A stretch of DNA of 64,000 nucleotides from positions 124,001 to 188,000 of the forward strand of contig CT868185.1 of the NCBI GenBank assembly GCA_000165425.1. Direction: 5' to 3'. The number at the start of each line of letters is the position of its first letter. Position 1 is the first letter of the stretch. A program made the translations under genes and the position numbers. This document shows, piece by piece, positions 1-13,687 of this stretch. The notes under the pieces were generated by a model. It did not search any database. It was not told the DNA's origin and saw only the letters and a program-made list of their open reading frames with translations. Source of the stretch: Paramecium tetraurelia. Taxonomy: Eukaryota.

Positions 1-1415
1 TTATAAATAGAAGATTGAGTAATTGGATTAGATAATACAAGAATTAAGAGAGTAGAATTAGTAAATAAGTTAAGAGATTGAGGATTAGAAACAATAGAAT
101 GAAAGTGATAGAGCTTAATTTGTAAAGAAAGAACTTGGCTTGGAAAATAAGGTATAATAATTAAAATAACAAATGATGTAAAGAGAACAAGAATTGTAAT
201 AGTATATAAACGAGTTGGACTCTACAAATAATAAAGTTCGATAATAGGAGTTAATTACACAATAAAGTTAAGATGAATTTAGAAGAAGGGAAAATTAATA
301 TGTTCAGGAAATTACCAATTTAAAACAACTTATGGATACTACTCAACAAAGGTAAAGTGAATATTAAAGTATGAGAGAGACATTGTAAGAACAAGTGTAA
401 AGTTTATAAGAGAAAAGCTAAAATAAAGAAAAGGAAGTGGAAGAGCAAGCATAAAAGTATGAAGAGCTAAGAGATTTATATAATCAATTTATTGAAGAAA
501 CCAACTTAAAATTAGAGTATTATCAAAGAATAGAATACGGAGAGGAAGGAATCTGATTTGAAATATCAAGCAGAATTGGTATTTAATTAAGTTATAATTT
601 TAGAACGCTGCTTAAGACAGGATAAGGGTTTTAGAAATTGAATCAGAAACTCTTTAATTAAGATAAAATCAACTTCTTAAGGAAAGAAGGGAATTAGAAA
701 ATTTATTGGATGAAAAATCAAAAGAAATTGAATAACTTAAAAATTAACTTAATTAGGATTATATCTCTAATGAAGAATATACTTCTTTATAAAGAAAGTT
801 CAATGAACAAACAGAAGAATTACATTTATTAGAATAAAAACAAATTAAATTTGGAACAGAAAAAAAACAATTAGAAAGATAAATAGACAAATTGAATCAA
901 GATATAGAACTTAAAGATTAAGAACTTTAATAGACTGATAATTTAATGAAAAAAAGAAGAAGTGAATAGGATGAATTAAATAGGAAGATTGATTCATTAA
1001 CTAGAGATAACGCTAAAGTATCTCACGATTTATCAGATACACAAGCTTCATTAGGTTCTAAATTTGACTAAATAAATGCTTTGAAGAGAGAGAACGAAGA
1101 TTTATAGATTTAATTAGCATCAGCAAAGAAATAATATGAGAAGGCATCAGAATAATTGAATAAAAAGAACTAAGAATTACTAGAAAAGTTTAATGATGCT
1201 GAGATTAAAAAGTCATATTCTTCTGGTGAAAACACAGCTGCCAAGGTTGTGACAGCAACTACAATAATAAAGACATCCCAAGTATAACTTAATACTCCAT
1301 TAATACCAGAAGAAGAGGACGAGAGTTAAAAAGGAACTGAAAGATCTGGTTAGCAATTTAAGGTAAATTATTTTTATAATTTAATTAGACTTCTCAAAGA
1401 TCTGAAGAGAAGTGA
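1..1415 (+). CDS. Coiled-coil protein, 5'-partial (runs off window start)
   Basis: Long E/K/Q/L-rich frame in code 6 with tiny GT..AG introns (about 352, 579, 1363); ends ...SEEK-TGA at 1413-1415. Confidence 0.75.
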
Positions 1416-1489
1416 TATGATTTATTTTATATATGTAACATTTTATATCTTTTAAGCAATTTATATGATATTATTTAAAATATAAACAT

Positions 1490-4433
1490 TCAAATGTTTG
1501 AAGTACTATGATTGTTTTTCTTTATTAAACTGGAGTTTTTTTTCTCACAAGGTTAAAATTTGATTTATGAAAGTAACATCTAGCTGCTTTAGATTAATAA
1601 TATTTCTCTTGAATTGATATCTTGTAAAATTCGTTTTGGATCACTATCCGTATAATCTTCCTGTTGAGTTTCTAATAATAATTTTATAGAAATTACTTGA
1701 TCTTAGATTTTTATGAACTATCTTATGCTTTCGATCTGAGGCTGATCGATCGCATTCTTAAACATTCTTGGAATTAATTTTTGGCAATGATTCATTAAGT
1801 TCATTCAAAGTCTCTAGTTTGAATTTAATATCTAATCTAAAAATGATTACTTAATATAATAACTTTTATTGTTTTTAGTCTAAACTATTTGCATTCATGG
1901 CAACCAACTTGGCAGATTTCATTTTTGATCCTTTTTATAATTGAAAATTCATAGCATAAACATCTTTTAAAATATTAGACGGTTATTTCTTTTGTTTTGC
2001 TTTATTCATTTTTTATTTTATTTTATCCTGTACTTCAGTAGGAAGAAACCCCATTCCATTAAACAAAAAGTTATTAGAAGAGTGTTCATTTTTGGATCTG
2101 AAAATATTATTTATTTTTTTATAGTTCTCGATCTCTAAAGAAAGATACTTGACAATTTCATTAGTTTTTAACAATTCTCTTCGATAATTATCCAAAAGAA
2201 ACTCCTTTGATTTGGCTTATTCTAAGAGATCATTTGTTGATCTGATATAATGTTCATGTTCTACCTATTATTCTTGCAATCTTGTTTTCTCTTATATCAA
2301 TTATTCTTAATCTAATTGATGCTAATTATTCAAATTTTCAATCTCTTGCTTATGTGTTTATTTTAATTTCTCATTCACATCTAATAGTCTTTTTTATTCG
2401 ATCTAATGTTCAACCTCCATTTATTTGATATCATCTTAAAACTTAAGAATAAGATCATTCTGACCATAGCCTACTTATTTTAATTTATTATTTAATTAGT
2501 CAATCATTGCTTAATAGATATTCTCTGAATCAAGCTACATTTAAATTTTAGCATCTTTTTCAATCAATATCTATTCTAATTTCTTAATTGCATTATCTTT
2601 TTAAATTAGATCCTCTTACTATTACCTTTGGATATCTTTCAATTTTTTTTCTTAATTAGATTCAAATACAATCTTTTGTAATTTTACTTATTCTTAGATT
2701 CCAATTATTTCATCATCCTTGCACTTTAAATGAAATTCATATTCATCCTTTTATCTAAGGAAATCATCATTTAGCTTAGCAATTTATATTTCATAATTGG
2801 ATATGACTGTAGAATCTATGATTTAATTTAAATCACATTGGATTCCAACTTCATTATATAGACACCAAGCTCCTTGTGTTACTGATAAGGACTGGTTGTT
2901 TCCAGTTAAGTGCTATTAAAATTAATCAGTATTATTGGTTCTTTGCATTTGATTATTTACTATTTTGATAAAAGGAATTGGAGAATTTTAAGTTTCATCA
3001 ACAGAAGAAGATCTTGACTATTCCTTCGATTATTACATCGATTACATCATCTCTTATTTATTATTTTCAACATATTATTCAATGGTTGTGTCTTCAAATG
3101 TAAAATCTTATTTTGATTAATATTTCCTTTATGCAGAAGAATGAATCTATGAATCTGGATTGCTAGGTTGTTTGATTGGTTCTCTTTATTTAGTTCCTTG
3201 TCTTTGAATTTAGGATTGCTTAGTTTGTTAATGGATCTTATCTGGAGATTGAGTTTTATTCTAATGTAGGTTTTATCCCTACTTTTTTGATTATTCCCTT
3301 ATTCCATATAGCCCCTTGTCTTATTTGAGTTTTTTAATCTAGTCACTAAATAACATTCATTTATACTTTAATTAATCAATTAGAATTTGTTTCTATTATA
3401 AAATGGCCTCCTTTGTTTTAAGGTTTTCATCACAAAGGAAGACTTTGTATTTCTGATCTTAGATTTCCTTCTCCAAAGCTTCAAATTAAGGTACTTATCT
3501 CTCGACTTAGTATTGTAATATTTTGTTTTTTTCAATGATGTTGAGAAATTTGGTTCTGTAGTCTGAACAATCATCTGTCAATTTTTGAATCTGATTTTCC
3601 AATTTCATCTTTTAAGATTAGATCTTATATTCATATTCGTTAATCAATATTGCTTTGTTCTCATTCAATTTGTTACTAAACATCTCCAATTATTATAAAT
3701 AAGATCTTCTTTCATCTTCAAACTTCTCCAACTATTCTTATTTTTCCAAATTCAATTACATGAGCAATTAATTCTAAATGAGAGATCTCTCCTCTAATTA
3801 ATATTTGTAATGCTTATGGATATTGCTGATTTTCTAATCTAATTGCAAATTCCTTGAGCATATATCCTCAATTTTCATTTTCTAACCATTAGTTATTATG
3901 TATTACCATTCTATTTACATTCTGTTCCCAGTGTATTGACTGTTATTTATGATATTCATTTAAACGCCGATTTTAATCTATTAATGATTGTTTCTCTTAA
4001 AAAAATCGATCTGTCTCACATTACAATTTCTCTTTCAACTATTTTATAACTATTTATAGTTTGGAATTATCATTAGTGTTCACAACAATGGTGTTATTCA
4101 GTCTAAGTATCTCCTCTACATAATTAGAATGTCATACCCTCTAAAAGATCACAAATTTATTTGAAATCAGCCACAGCCTTAACCAAAACCCTATCTTCCC
4201 CATTAGGTCCAGTATCGTTGATTAAATTGCTGAGTTACAATTTCCGCTCCTCAATAAAGAAGTTAAGGCCGATAACATGCTATTTTAATTTAGTGTTTTC
4301 GTTAAATAGAGGCTTAATAGTCTTCTAATCATACTTTAAATTATGCTTAAAATTAATTAGCATTGAGTTCCAGGGCTTTCATTTTATGATTTGCAATTTC
4401 ATCATTTTCAGGAAATTTAATTGAAGAGTTCAT
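1490..4433 (-). CDS. Large coiled-coil hypothetical protein
   Basis: ATG at 4433 (MNSSIKFPENDEIANHK); Q/E/K-rich frame in code 6; TGA at 1490-1492. Internal intron structure not fully traced. Confidence 0.7.
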
Positions 4434-5103
4434 AAATGATTTATATATATATTTTTCAAATTTATTCAGATAAATCATATTATACTTTAGGAAAGCATTC
4501 AGTTTTTAATTGTTTTTAATAAAATGTTTGTACTTCAACATTTCAAAAGCAATCAGAATAATCAAATATACTTAGATGGCTTGAAGAATATTAATTTGGT
4601 TATCAGCTAAGTCATAATATTTATGTCTGATTTATTGAAATTATATTCATTATTATTCCTTTGACTAGTTGCATATCAAGCAAACAATTTTCTCTATTTT
4701 CCTTTACTTGATAAATATGAGGAGTATATACATTTAAGTGATCTAATGTAAGCTTAAACCACATAATTTCTTCTGACAAATTACATTTTATCATCACATA
4801 CACCATTCTGCGAAGATTATCTATTTTAATCAAATAGAATTCTTAAATATTCACTCCTAATTATTTCCGTATAGAGAGAAATAATGGACAGTTTGAGACC
4901 ATGATGAATGATTAAGAGAAATCAATAAATTCTCAGTTAGTTAAGCAAATACATTCCCTTCTTACAAATGAACTTCTCAAAATACACTCTTTTTATTGAA
5001 AAATTCCCCTTTAACTGCTACATCTACATTGATACTCACCTCGAGAATTCTTTATTTTTGATTTTTAATTATTAATTTAATATAAATTGAGACATTTCTT
5101 ATT

Positions 5104-5700
5104 ATGATTCCATTTAAGAAATTAGCAGCACTTTTTATACGTACTTTCTCAAAGCCAGTTGCCAATATCATCAAAAGATATGCTTTGAACAATAACAATA
5201 ACAGATCATTTGGAAGAAGGATTGTCAGAAATAGTTTTATTTTTTTAGGAAATAAATATCATGCATTTGATACTTATTTGGAAAGAGCCTCTATTGGTTA
5301 GACAAATCAATAATTTTTTATTAAACCATTAACGGATGAAGCCGCATTTATGAAAGGTATATAACTGATTAAATTAAAATAGGCACTGATCTATTTTCAG
5401 ATTTATTTATATATGCATGTGTTTTGGGATTGCCTTTGTATGAGATCATGAGACAATCAAATGAGTCTGCAAAAAAGGAAGCCATTCAGGATGAAAAATT
5501 GCACAAACTATCAAAAGTACGGCAACAATTTTGAGTTTTAGGAAGTTGAAGAATTGGAGTTAATTGAATCTAAAATAAAAGAGAAATAAATTTAGATAGC
5601 ATAATTAGACACAACACTAATTGAACAAATATCATAAACAAGCTATCAATTTGAATAGCAAATATAAAACATCTTTAATGATTTAAATAAGAATTAATGA
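5104..5700 (+). CDS. OPA3: OPA3-like mitochondrial protein
   Basis: N-terminus MIPFKKLAALFIRTFSKPVANIIKRYA and IKPLTDEAAFMKG..LFSDLFIY match the OPA3 family pattern; two tiny introns; coiled-coil tail. Confidence 0.8.
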
Positions 5701-5728
5701 ATGCATTAAATAAATTATTTCTATGCTA

Positions 5729-6602
5729 TCAATTTTTATTTTGATCCTTTCTCATAATAGCCTTGATGAAAGCTACAACGCCATCGAATTCCTATTCCAA
5801 CATTCTATAGTCCAAGTCTAATTACTGGATCACGGAACTCCTTTCTCTTCCCTTCAAAGCATGAGTCAACTGATCTAAAGCCTACTTAAATTAGGGACTA
5901 AGCAGATTCTCTTTAAATTGTTCGAAGCTTTATTGATCAGGAGGTAAATATCTCACATAAACTAAATTCCTTACTCCTTCAGTGCCTAGAAGTATTCCTC
6001 ATCCTTGGCAATTTAAGTCAAAAATTCCCCACTCAGAATATCAGTTAGAGAGAGTCCTGGGCCCATTCTTGATGTCAATTACTATTAGAGCAATTGTAAA
6101 AGTTATTGTTATTAAGTTCCCAATTATTATTAAGGAGGTTGTGTATGTGATTATGGTTGACCTTGGAATTGCACTTGAGGTTGCTATTGAATTTGGATGG
6201 GATCATCCAAGACCTGAGAATTGATCACGTCGTTAAATTACTTGCAGTAATTCTCATCTTAGGTTTGATCATCAGACTAAAATAAAAGTGTGAGAATTAC
6301 TTGCATCCAAAAGAAATACTTTTGGTCATCATCATTAAATCTAAGGAGATAGACTCTATTTTGACCTTTAACTTTCTCAAAAAATGTAGAACCTTTAATT
6401 AAGACTCTTTCCTAATTTAAATAGTATAAATCATTACAATTTCTAATTTACTATCCAGATCAACATTATACCATTTCAACCACAATTCATTTTCGTCATT
6501 TAAATACAAATTGAGTAATCCTTTCGCTTTTACAATGACTACTTTTTTTGTTTCTAGATTGAAATCGTACCTTCCACAAGGAATAGTTACTTCCTGAAGC
6601 AT
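5729..6602 (-). CDS. RPN13: Proteasome ubiquitin receptor Rpn13/ADRM1
   Basis: Pru-domain-like N-terminus (GRYDFNLETKKVVIVKAKGLLNLYLNDENELWLKW...KYFFWMQ); C-terminal SPQFKQALDQL..DGVVAFIKAI resembles the DEUBAD region. Confidence 0.8.
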
Positions 6603-6623
6603 TAATTAATTAAAATAATCAAT

Positions 6624-7314
6624 TCAAAAATTACTTTAAATACTCTCAATAATATGGATTTGTCTTAAGCATAAGGCAACATTCTTTCTGAACTCTTAGA
6701 ATTGATTGTAATCCAAGTACATTGTTTTCTTGACTCCTTTTTTTGTATGGAATATTAAAAGAATTAATGGTCGAATAACCTATTCATGACTCAAAATTAA
6801 AGAATACTTTTCTCATCTTGATACTAGACAACGTAATTTCCAATTTCCACTCCAACTTAGAGAAATCAGCCTCAAAAGATTCCAAATTCGTATTTTCCTT
6901 GTATTGTGTCTCAATTATGGTCTCTTGTGGATTGATCGAATTTTCTATAATAAATTCAAATACAATACCTGGATCTGTGTAGTACTTTATAAAAGTGTAA
7001 TTGTTTAGCTTTCTGTCAAAGTGGATGATAGGTAATACTTAATCCTTTAGATAAAGCATAATCTGTTGGTCGATTTTACTTATTTTTTCCAATGCTTTCG
7101 CTTGATCTTACTATGATCGCATAGCCAACTCTTTCAAAGCTTTGGTGCATTTGGTTACCAAAATTTTATCATCTCTTCTCAATTAATCTCTATATTTGAC
7201 TAATTGACTTTTGTAATTCTTCTCTTGAAGCATCACATCCAAGGACACTTAGAGTATCATCTAATGATTCTCATGTTTCTTCAATAATTCTACGAATTTC
7301 ATATTGTAATCCAT
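6624..7314 (-). CDS. COMMD5: COMM-domain protein, COMMD5-like
   Basis: After splicing a 28-nt intron: LEWKLEITLSSIKMRKVIRPLILLIFHTKKGVKKTMYLDYNQFQEFRKNVALCL, matching the COMM domain and the COMMD5 FQELRYSVALVL pattern. Confidence 0.7.
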
Positions 7315-7456
7315 TTGATATTATTAAATATGCCAATAAATATAACAAGAATTATTTCATAATAAAATCGCCCATATTTCTCAATTCAGAGATTCAGAGT
7401 CATTTCTCAATTGAATTTACTAAAACTCTCTAAATATATATGATATTAATTATAAA

Positions 7457-8349
7457 ATGTATAAATTTTGTAAATAGATAGTTAAAATAAATCAAGTACC
7501 AGCCATTCTCAATAAAAACATCAATAATGATTTAGCCTTTAAAAAAGACTTTGAACTTAACTCTGAAATTATAATCCTAAATTAAAGAATCTAAAACAGA
7601 GATAAACATACTGATCTCTACTCATCAATATTCGGAGGAATTATTATTACAATTGGAGTCTATGCTATCTATGAAGTTTATTTCAGCAAATCTGAATAGC
7701 AATTGAAGAAACTTAAGTTCAGTGCTAAATGCTACTGCTCATGTAAGTATCATCATTTCAAGCCATAGCCTTTTACTAAAGAGATTTGACATACATTCTG
7801 AATTACATAAATGAAATGAAAACAATAGAAATCAAAAATACAGGCTTCATGATTTACTTACTTAGTACATTGAAACATTAAATTAATAAAAGCAACTATG
7901 ATAATCTCTGTGTAATTTATGAAGAAGTGGCTAAGTTATTATTCACTCATGAAATATACATAAAGATGTACGCATAAAAATACTCTCAACACTTTGCAAA
8001 TTTATTAGATTATGCTATTGCAAACAATTTACAACTCAAGGAACAATTACTCCTTCCATCCCTAATTGCATATACAAACTCTTCAAACATATTAATTGAA
8101 ATTTAATCATTGTATATCTTAACTCAGCACAAACTGTAGGATTCCAAACACAAGGACTTATTTTAAATTCACTATTAAAAAGACATTTCAACAGAGTATG
8201 TGAATACAACTGAATTATTTGATATGCTGAAATCAAATCGAAGTTTATAGGATTATGACACTTTTAAATCACTTTATGAAAATTCATTGTAAACTGAGAA
8301 ACATAAACTACTGAAACAAGCAGCATAGAAATAAAATTTAAGATTGTGA
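7457..8349 (+). CDS. Hypothetical protein with one N-proximal TM segment (possibly mitochondrial)
   Basis: Open frame in code 6 with hydrophobic stretch SIFGGIIITIGVYAIYEVYF; intron near 7743; TGA 8347-8349. Confidence 0.6.
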
Positions 8350-9229
8350 TTAATATTAAATAAAGAGTGTTTAACATATTAAATTATTAAGAGACAACAA
8401 TATATCTATTTTAAATATCAATTTATATAATCAATGAGGTATGAAATATACATATAATTGCTATAATCTTCGATTATTATAAATTTGGTTATCATATCTG
8501 TTGTTCATTTTGATTTATTTTGTCAAATTCTCCTCTAAAAATCCTCTGAGTTATTCCATTCTTTACTAAATTCTCAGATCTGTAAATTATTTAAGTATGT
8601 AATATAGTTCTTTTATTAAAATGTAATAAAAAGATTGACAAATACTTTTTAATAGTTATTTATTGAAGGTCTATTCAATACCACTGATCAAAATATATAT
8701 ATAAGAAAAATTCAACAATATCCTTTTTAGACCTATTTTTTGGACCGTTTCTCATATGCATTATTTATGATTTATCAAATTATCGATTCGAAGAAAATTT
8801 AGATTTACATATAAATAACATTTATTTATTCTTAATAACTATCCCTTAAGTATTCAAACTACTATTATTATGTAATCAATTTCATTTCTCTTCTTTGGTA
8901 GCTTCTACATGGTCATATAATCCTTTTTCAATAATTTCATCTGATCCAAACTTAAAGTGGTTAATGAATTTTAATTTTCCATCTAATTTTGCGTTGATGA
9001 TAATAATAATTATAAATTTGCAATTCTAAAATAAATATCACTTATTTGCTAGACTTAATTACATTTAACTATGAATATTCTATTCCCTTCTATATAGTAC
9101 GTATAATGATTTCACAGTGCAATTTTATGATATATGAATAACCATTTGCGACATCTCTAAATGGAAGGAAAGTTAACGTAATAAATATAATATCATGTTT
9201 AATATATCATTTGTTAATTTTAATTAATA

Positions 9230-10463
9230 ATGCTCAACACTTCTTCGATTCAATCAACAAGTGAAATCCCTAATTTTGTTGTAATTGACAATGAATACAT
9301 TATAATGAAAAACCTTTATAAAGGAAACACCTACAATTTATATATAGGTAGAGATTGAAAGCCTAGCTAGCTGTAAAAAGAGATTGTTCTGACGATTAAA
9401 AGAAATTCGTATTGATCAAAATGCGCAGGTACCCAATGCCCTTTTATTAAGAACTAATGCCTCAGAACAGAATTTTGAGTAGTACTTCTTAAATAAACTA
9501 AAAGACAGTAAAGTAAATTAATATATAGGTAAATGTACTACAAGAATTCTGTCTATCGGAGAATAAACAATTAAGGAACAACTTTATCATTATTAAATCA
9601 TGGAACGTCATGGTCCCTCTTTAAAACTAGTCTATAACTACTTATCCAAAAATATTCCTGTAACAATACTGTGTTTGATGGCAATTCAGACTGTAAATAA
9701 TAGGAATTTAAGTAGCTTACTTGTCTGGAGTAGGTCCACAAGCATTTGATAATACATCGTAACTTAAGACCCAAGAAATTGGTAATATCTCAAAGCGGAA
9801 CTGAAATATTATTAACTGATTTCAAGTATGCTTGTCGATATAGGAAACAATAAAATAATATCTTGGTCAATGATAATTTACGCACTACTTCGAATAAACG
9901 ATTTCTAAACAAATTCTCAAGTTTGAATCAACATTTAGAATAAGGTATATCTAAAATAATAGAATCAAGTCTCTTCTCCAAAGGATGACCTAGAATCTCT
10001 CGCCTTGATCATTGTATATTATGGCGGATTTGCTCCTGTCCTTGATATCAAAGAGGAGAACAGAGGGCTAAAAATTAAAAAAATCGAACAAATTAAACTA
10101 ACTCTATTGTCAGAGCTTTCATTCAAAGGGGCTCCGTTAGAGTTCATTTAATTTTATAATGGAGTTAAATAATCCAGTGTTAGTGATTATCCCTAAGATT
10201 ACGAAAAATACAAATAATTGTTTAGAAAATTATTGAACAGTTGTGGTTTGAATGAGAAAGATGTAGTCTACCCTCATCTATAAATGATGAAACAGCATAA
10301 TTATGATATGAAGGTAATAATGGAGGAACAAGAAACTTAAGCGTAAATGGATTCTATAGATGAAGATCATAGAGTGTTCAGAAAGATAAAGGAATTAGAT
10401 GATTAGAAATATCACAGATTAATTTCTTTGGAAAATTAAAATCAGAGTTCTCAAAAACAATGA
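9230..10463 (+). CDS. Casein kinase 1-like pseudokinase
   Basis: Spliced frame gives IMERHGPSLK, IHRNLRPKKL, LTDFKYACRY, SPKDDLESLAL (CK1 signature SRRDDLESLGY); five tiny introns. Confidence 0.8.
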
Positions 10464-10746
10464 TTTGAATAATTAATTTATTTATTAATTATACCATATT
10501 GATTTTGTAAAAAATCTACCATATATTGGATAATCAAAACGGCTGGGTAATTGAAAATTAAAAGCTTTTTTACTTAGAAATAAAGATAAACAATATAAGA
10601 AAAACCTTTTGATTGGTTAACCTTATTTTTATTGAAAATTAAGAAGATTAGAGATGTTCTTTGAAAATACTCTTGTTATTTACTTGGTTTATACAAAAGA
10701 TGGAACACAATTAATGATTCTAAAATTCTCATATGTCATTTGAGAT

Positions 10747-11882
10747 TCAGGAATCCCTTTCTATTAAATATTTAGCAAAGTCCTTTAATCTGGATTTAGC
10801 CTCAGGACACTAAAATTCTAAATTCTCTATTTCCTTCCATGCATCTTCAATTATCTCAAGAGATCTTTTATGGGCGTATTCTAGACTTCCTGTTTATTTA
10901 ATTATTGAAATAGCCTACAACCTTATTAATTATTCTCACTTCATTGATTGTTTCTTAATCTTAAGTGCGAGATTTTAAGATTTCAAGTAATCTCCCTTTT
11001 TATTGTTTCAAACTATGTATTACAATAAGAGAGAATTTTCCTTCATGGATATCTTCACCTAGATAACCCTTTGTTTACTTATATTTATCACCTCCATTCA
11101 AATTGAGAATGTCCTAAAATAATACTAAAAAGTACATCCTAAATTTGAAAAGCAATCCCGATTTAAACAGCAAATTCAGCCAACGCTTTTCCAATTTTTT
11201 CATCTTTCTCCAACACAATACATGATAATTGAGCTGCCATGCGAGCAAGAGCACCAGTCTTGTATGATGCCATTTTCAAATACTACTCCTCTGTAGGTAT
11301 GATATCACAAACCTACTTATGCCAAAATATATCCCAAGCCTGACCGAAATGCACAATTTTCATATTACTTAAACTAACTTCCAACATTTTCATTTTTTAA
11401 TCATTAGAGTAGTTTGCAGAATTTAAGAAATAATGTAAGGGAGCAAAATAAAGATAATTAGCTGCATTTACTGCAACGTCTAAGCCATACTTAATATGAA
11501 CACATTTATCATTTCTTCTTACAGAACTATCATCCTCAATATCATCAACCACTAAAGTAGCATTATGTATCAACTCAACCAATGCAGCTACTTCATATAA
11601 TTCTTCATGGGCTCGTTTAAATAAGTCTGCAATCAAAAAGCAAAATGCTGGTCTCCATCTCTTTCCTCCTCGGTCAATTAAGTCATAAATTGGATCGCTA
11701 ATGCTCTATGATAGCGTTTTGACATCATCAGATTAAGAAAATTATGGATCACTCAGTTCAAATTTTTTTGGTAATATTTTATCAAAACTCTTGCTGTTTT
11801 CAAATTTTTTCACATCTCTCTTCAACTAAGCCATGAATTCAAGTTTTGAGAAAAAAGACCTACGGAGATTCCTGATGAACAT
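10747..11882 (-). CDS. Polyprenyl (geranylgeranyl) diphosphate synthase
   Basis: RGGKRWRP, ELIHNATLVVDDIEDDS (FARM), KTGA, FQIQD|DILNL (SARM, split by an intron), GEDIHEGK. Confidence 0.9.
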
Positions 11883-12266
11883 TTTTAATCAAAAATAAAT
11901 TTATTCAAAGTATATTTATGTTTTAGAATTTAACAGTGCGTAAAATATTAAAATTCTATAAAAAACAAGTGTTTCAATCTATGCAAATTTTTTGAACTCA
12001 AACAATAATTTATAAGAATAATCATTTTGCAAACTATCTATTTCCAATATATATTAAATCAGGACCTGCTCAATTAAGTGTCATCATCCAAATCAAATAT
12101 CATATCCTTACAATCATTGTATATTTATTCAAGATGTAATCAGATTGTGATAGATGAACAATGAAATTAAGTGTGATCATTAATATATTGATTACAGACA
12201 TCATAAATGACTAGTTTATGATCTTAAGTTCGAAATTACAATTAAAATGATTCAGCATTAAAATTA

Positions 12267-12578
12267 ATGAAATCGAGATAATTAACTCCCTAAAGAGTAG
12301 TGTCTACTAATAAATTGAGAAAGGCCCTTTATTTTTATAAGAAAGACAAAGAATTATTAGACCTAAAAATCAAATTAAATGAGATGTGTGAATCTACTTT
12401 TCTCACTAACTCAGAACTCCATCACATAGTCCGTTCTGTTTCTAGAGGGAACTCCCCAACATAATAGAAATTTCGAATTCGTACAGAAACTACTAACATC
12501 AGTAGTGGACCTAAAACACCCTAACATAAGTTCAAAAAATTCGATTTCACCACAACAACTCATCTCTATTTCGCTTGA
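12267..12578 (+). CDS. Small hypothetical protein (103 aa)
   Basis: Intronless code-6 ORF MKSRQLTPQRVVSTNKLRKALYFYKKDKELLDLK...HLYFA-TGA. Confidence 0.55.
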
Positions 12579-13687
12579 TTATTATTTTAATGAATAACTT
12601 CAAAATTAGTTTCAATGCTCCCCATATACATATCTTCACATTTATGCCTCCCTTTAGAATACAAAACATTAGTTACACTTAAAGAATGTATCTCGAAATT
12701 ACCAAATTTTCTCCATAACCTAAAACTACTAATTACTAATTCAAGAAATAAAATTAGTTTTTTAATTTATAAGCCATGTTTGAATTACCAAATCTTGTTG
12801 TTTAACTTTATAGCATAATCACTATTCTCTTAAGTTTTCTATTAAAGATTTTGGTTATCTTGCTATAAAAACTTACAAGAATTCATTAGGATCTTAGTAT
12901 AATTCCAGAAAATGATAATTGTATCCATTTGTGTATTAGTTCTGTAATAAATTGTGTAGATACTTCTTTTATGCAATAAGAATATTTCAAAAAAATAAAC
13001 TTCTTCGAATAAAATATTTTAATATTATAAGATAAAAATGTCCAATCATTTTTTCATAATGGATTAATCAGATTCAGATGTTATAAGGAACAATTTCTGA
13101 ACATTTCTCCATAATGAAAAATAAACCAAATATCCTTAAATAATTTAATCTGAGTTTACTCGATTATTAAATATGTTCCATTAATAAATACTATTCATTT
13201 TTATGTATAGCACTTCTACAGAACCACAAACATCTAATCATAATCCAAAAATCCTTTTCTTCCTATAATATCTTGAAAGATCAAAAATTCACATAATTGT
13301 AGATTAATTTTCAGAAATTTAATTTGTTGAATCTAGGGTGAAAACATTTTGATAATATGGAATTCTATGTATAGACAATTTTGTTTTATAATTTTCAAAA
13401 ATGAACCTTATAATGAAAAATATAAAATTTGTAACAGCATAAATTTTATATACGATATTTGTTTTAATTGACATAACAATGTCTTTAAAATAGGGTATAG
13501 ATTTTTGTAATAGTATTTTAAATTTAAATTCTTTCGAAAAACTTGATATTTTTCTACATTACTTTTATATTCCAATTGTGAATAGTATTATTGTTAGAGC
13601 AAATAACGAAATAATTTATAAATATAATTCCCACGTGTGTGAGAGCAATTAAAAGGGAAAAAATGAAGTATAAAATCAATAATAAAA

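Noticed and set aside
4520..5050. Possible minus-strand gene including track ORF 4621-4833
   Set aside because: I could not build a consistent start/intron/stop model and saw no recognisable motif.
8430..9190. Short coding-looking stretches on both strands (e.g. minus 8882-9000)
   Set aside because: No clear start or family motif; long open frames arise by chance when TGA is the only stop.
12600..13680. Long AT-rich gap upstream of Sec61; looked for RNA genes and snoRNA boxes
   Set aside because: No tRNA cloverleaf, paired C/D boxes or convincing ORF seen by eye; an Infernal/Rfam scan would be needed.
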